From Opitutaceae bacterium (GTDB taxonomy: Bacteria; Verrucomicrobiota; Verrucomicrobiia; Opitutales; Opitutaceae): a stretch of 64,000 nucleotides of DNA. Positions 62,062 through 64,000 of the stretch are shown here, one piece after another. Within the stretch, counting starts at the first letter, position 1, and each line of letters opens with the position of its first letter. The position numbers and the translations under genes were made by a program. The stretch covers positions 47,267 through 111,266 of the forward strand of contig PBMN01000025.1 of assembly GCA_002722675.1 (NCBI GenBank), given 5' to 3'. Under the pieces are notes generated by a model. That model worked only from the letters and a program-made list of their open reading frames with translations. It ran no database searches and was not told the DNA's origin.

Positions 62062-62496
62062 CTACGCTAATACCGTTTCCCCCAAGCCTCCCCATTTTTC
62101 AGGCAAATCCACATAATGCGGTAGGCCGTCTTTTACTTCGTACACACTTTCATCGCAGTGGATATGACAACTTGGATCATGCTTGTACCCAGATTCTGCT
62201 AACACCATAGCGTAGACGACCGTTCCTCCATGCGGTTTGCGATTGAGGAGACCCGATCCGCAGTTTCCACACCAGAACCGATGGCTGCTAACCGAATCAT
62301 AGCCTTGCAACAAGTCTTCACCTTGAGTGATTTCAACGCTCTCGTTTCGCCACAAAGCCCATGTATTAAAAGGTGCGGCATGCCATTTCCGGCAAGACTC
62401 ACAATGGCAAATCCCTGCGGTCAAAGGATTTCCCTTTACCTTTAACTTAACACCACCGCACAAGCAGCCGCCTCCAAACTCATGACCACTCATCAT
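62062..62496 (-). CDS. GFA / CENP-V family zinc-binding protein
   Basis: GGCLCG, CHCESCRK, CGNCGS. Confidence 0.9.
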   Translation of the reverse strand: MMSGHEFGGGCLCGGVKLKVKGNPLTAGICHCESCRKWHAAPFNTWALWRNESVEITQGEDLLQGYDSVSSHRFWCGNCGSGLLNRKPHGGTVVYAMVLAESGYKHDPSCHIHCDESVYEVKDGLPHYVDLPEKWGGLGETVLA

Positions 62497-62885
62497 CTTC
62501 AGTTCTTTCGATTTAAATCACGAATGTCAAATGAACGGCAGGCCGCCTTCACTTTAAGTTTGAACCGTTTCTTGTCTAAGGTCGCGACCCTAGCCTTTCG
62601 GACACTTTGGATCGTAGAGCAACGATCTCCTTGTTGAGTTTAGCAAATTCTTTTCTTTTTTGCTTTTTACGGAAACCTCTCCTTATAAACGGTGCATCGA
62701 CTTCTATATGTACCCCGTCATGAAGTATATTTGCCATACCCTCCTCCAACTGGTCGACGGAGATATAAAAACCCACTTCCGCTTTTCCGCTCCTTATTCC
62801 GGTCAATGATCTTCACTGCGAAGAGGGTTTGCTGGAATGGTTTTCAACTGATTGCAGCATCTCGGCGAAAAGGGATTTCGGCAGG

Positions 62886-64000
62886 TTACACCCTATCAAT
62901 TTGACTGATCAGCTCTTCAACAGCACGCTTTAACTGAGGGTCAACTTTTCTGGCTTTATAGGCCGGGGGATTCTCAACCAGAATATCTGGTACGGCCGGA
63001 TTATGCTCCATACCCATTTCAGATTCTTTCACAAACCAGCCACGAAATGGCCGGCGCACGTAGGAGCCGTCAACTAGACTGTAGCTACCCGTTGAGATAA
63101 CAGCGCCAAAGGTGGGTTGTCCGACCAGCTTCCCTAGCTCCAGCGCCTTATAGGCATGCGAGAATATCTCCGCATTGCTGTAGCTATTTTGGTTGCACAG
63201 GGCGACCGACGGCCTGGTAGAATAGGCTAAAGGCAGACGTTCGCTAAAGGGATAAGTATTCTTAAACTTTGGATGATCGGTATCCAGATTTTCTGTCGCT
63301 CCGCGAGGCACAGTGTAAGAGTGTTGCTTTACATTAAGCACCGCCATGAGATAGTCTGTCGTCCAACCTCCTCCGTTGTAGCGCACATCGATCACGATAC
63401 CTTCCTTTCCGTAGCCTGCCGCTACGAGGTCGGTCTCGAAGCGCTCAAAGCTCTCCCACCCCATCGCCCGAATGTGTAAGTAGCCCAACCGCCCTTCCGA
63501 GTAGTCTTCGACCAGTTCCCTGCGCCCTTCTACCCAAGCATCGTAATGCTCCGAGCTCAAGGATCCTGTAGGCCACACAATAATCTCAAATACGTCTTCT
63601 CCACGTTGTATTTCCAAAAGGACCTCCGTATCCACCGTATCCGTAAGCAAGGCGAAGACATTAGAATCCGATTCGACTCGCACCCGGTCGACCGATACTA
63701 TGACATCCCCGACCTCAACCGGAATCGAAGCCTTGGCCAATGGACCGCTGGGCACGACCGTTTTTAGCAGAAATCCTCCTTCAGTATTTTTCCCTTCCAT
63801 ACCAAGTAGACCGGATTTTTGGGACTGAGTTTTTTTGGGGTTTTCCACTCCCCGCATTCCCATGTGACTCGCATTTATTTGACCGAGCATGAGGTTAAAC
63901 GTATGCTGAAAATCTTCCGTGGTCGATGCGGCCCTAGCGATTGGCAGGTATTTGTCACGAATGGCCTCGAAGTCGTACCCGTGAAAACCGGGATCATAAA
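62886..64000 (-). CDS. S41 family tricorn-like peptidase (PDZ + catalytic domain), 5' end outside the window
   Basis: GYLHIRAM, IDVRYNGGG, SYSNAEIF, GQPTFG; frame stays open to the window edge. Confidence 0.9.
   Translation of the reverse strand, partial: YDPGFHGYDFEAIRDKYLPIARAASTTEDFQHTFNLMLGQINASHMGMRGVENPKKTQSQKSGLLGMEGKNTEGGFLLKTVVPSGPLAKASIPVEVGDVIVSVDRVRVESDSNVFALLTDTVDTEVLLEIQRGEDVFEIIVWPTGSLSSEHYDAWVEGRRELVEDYSEGRLGYLHIRAMGWESFERFETDLVAAGYGKEGIVIDVRYNGGGWTTDYLMAVLNVKQHSYTVPRGATENLDTDHPKFKNTYPFSERLPLAYSTRPSVALCNQNSYSNAEIFSHAYKALELGKLVGQPTFGAVISTGSYSLVDGSYVRRPFRGWFVKESEMGMEHNPAVPDILVENPPAYKARKVDPQLKRAVEELISQIDRV

Noticed and set aside
62576-62806. 76-aa minus-strand ORF between the S41 and GFA genes
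   Set aside because: TTG start, no clear RBS and no recognisable motif; may be a remnant but is unsupported.

Overview
64 kb of bacterial chromosome. Gene content points to Verrucomicrobiota, probably an Opitutales/Puniceicoccales type: a PSD1-cytochrome c/DUF1501 module, PVC-type ECF sigma with anti-sigma, sulfatases and PVC-type cytochrome c biogenesis. This assignment is inferred from gene families, not from a search. Housekeeping genes (trpS, clpB, tRNA-Arg(TCT), tRNA-Gly(GCC), helicase, cvfB, a sigma54 two-component pair) are mixed with carbohydrate and sulfate catabolism genes. Four compact, poorly understood operons stand out: (i) ECF sigma / FecR-LamG anti-sigma / PSD1-heme protein / DUF1501; (ii) fabG-fabF-ACP-LpxL-like acyltransferase; (iii) MoxR-DUF58-transglutaminase; (iv) a tandem-repeat lipoprotein in front of resB-ccsA. 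Many apparently intergenic stretches are decayed genes (about 10 remnants read by hand). A Fic protein has lost both its catalytic His and its inhibitory Glu but keeps twin operator-like palindromes. clpB and a TorF-like porin gene have sigma54-type promoters. I found no CRISPR array, rRNA, prophage, integrase or IS element. All family calls come from motif recognition by eye.
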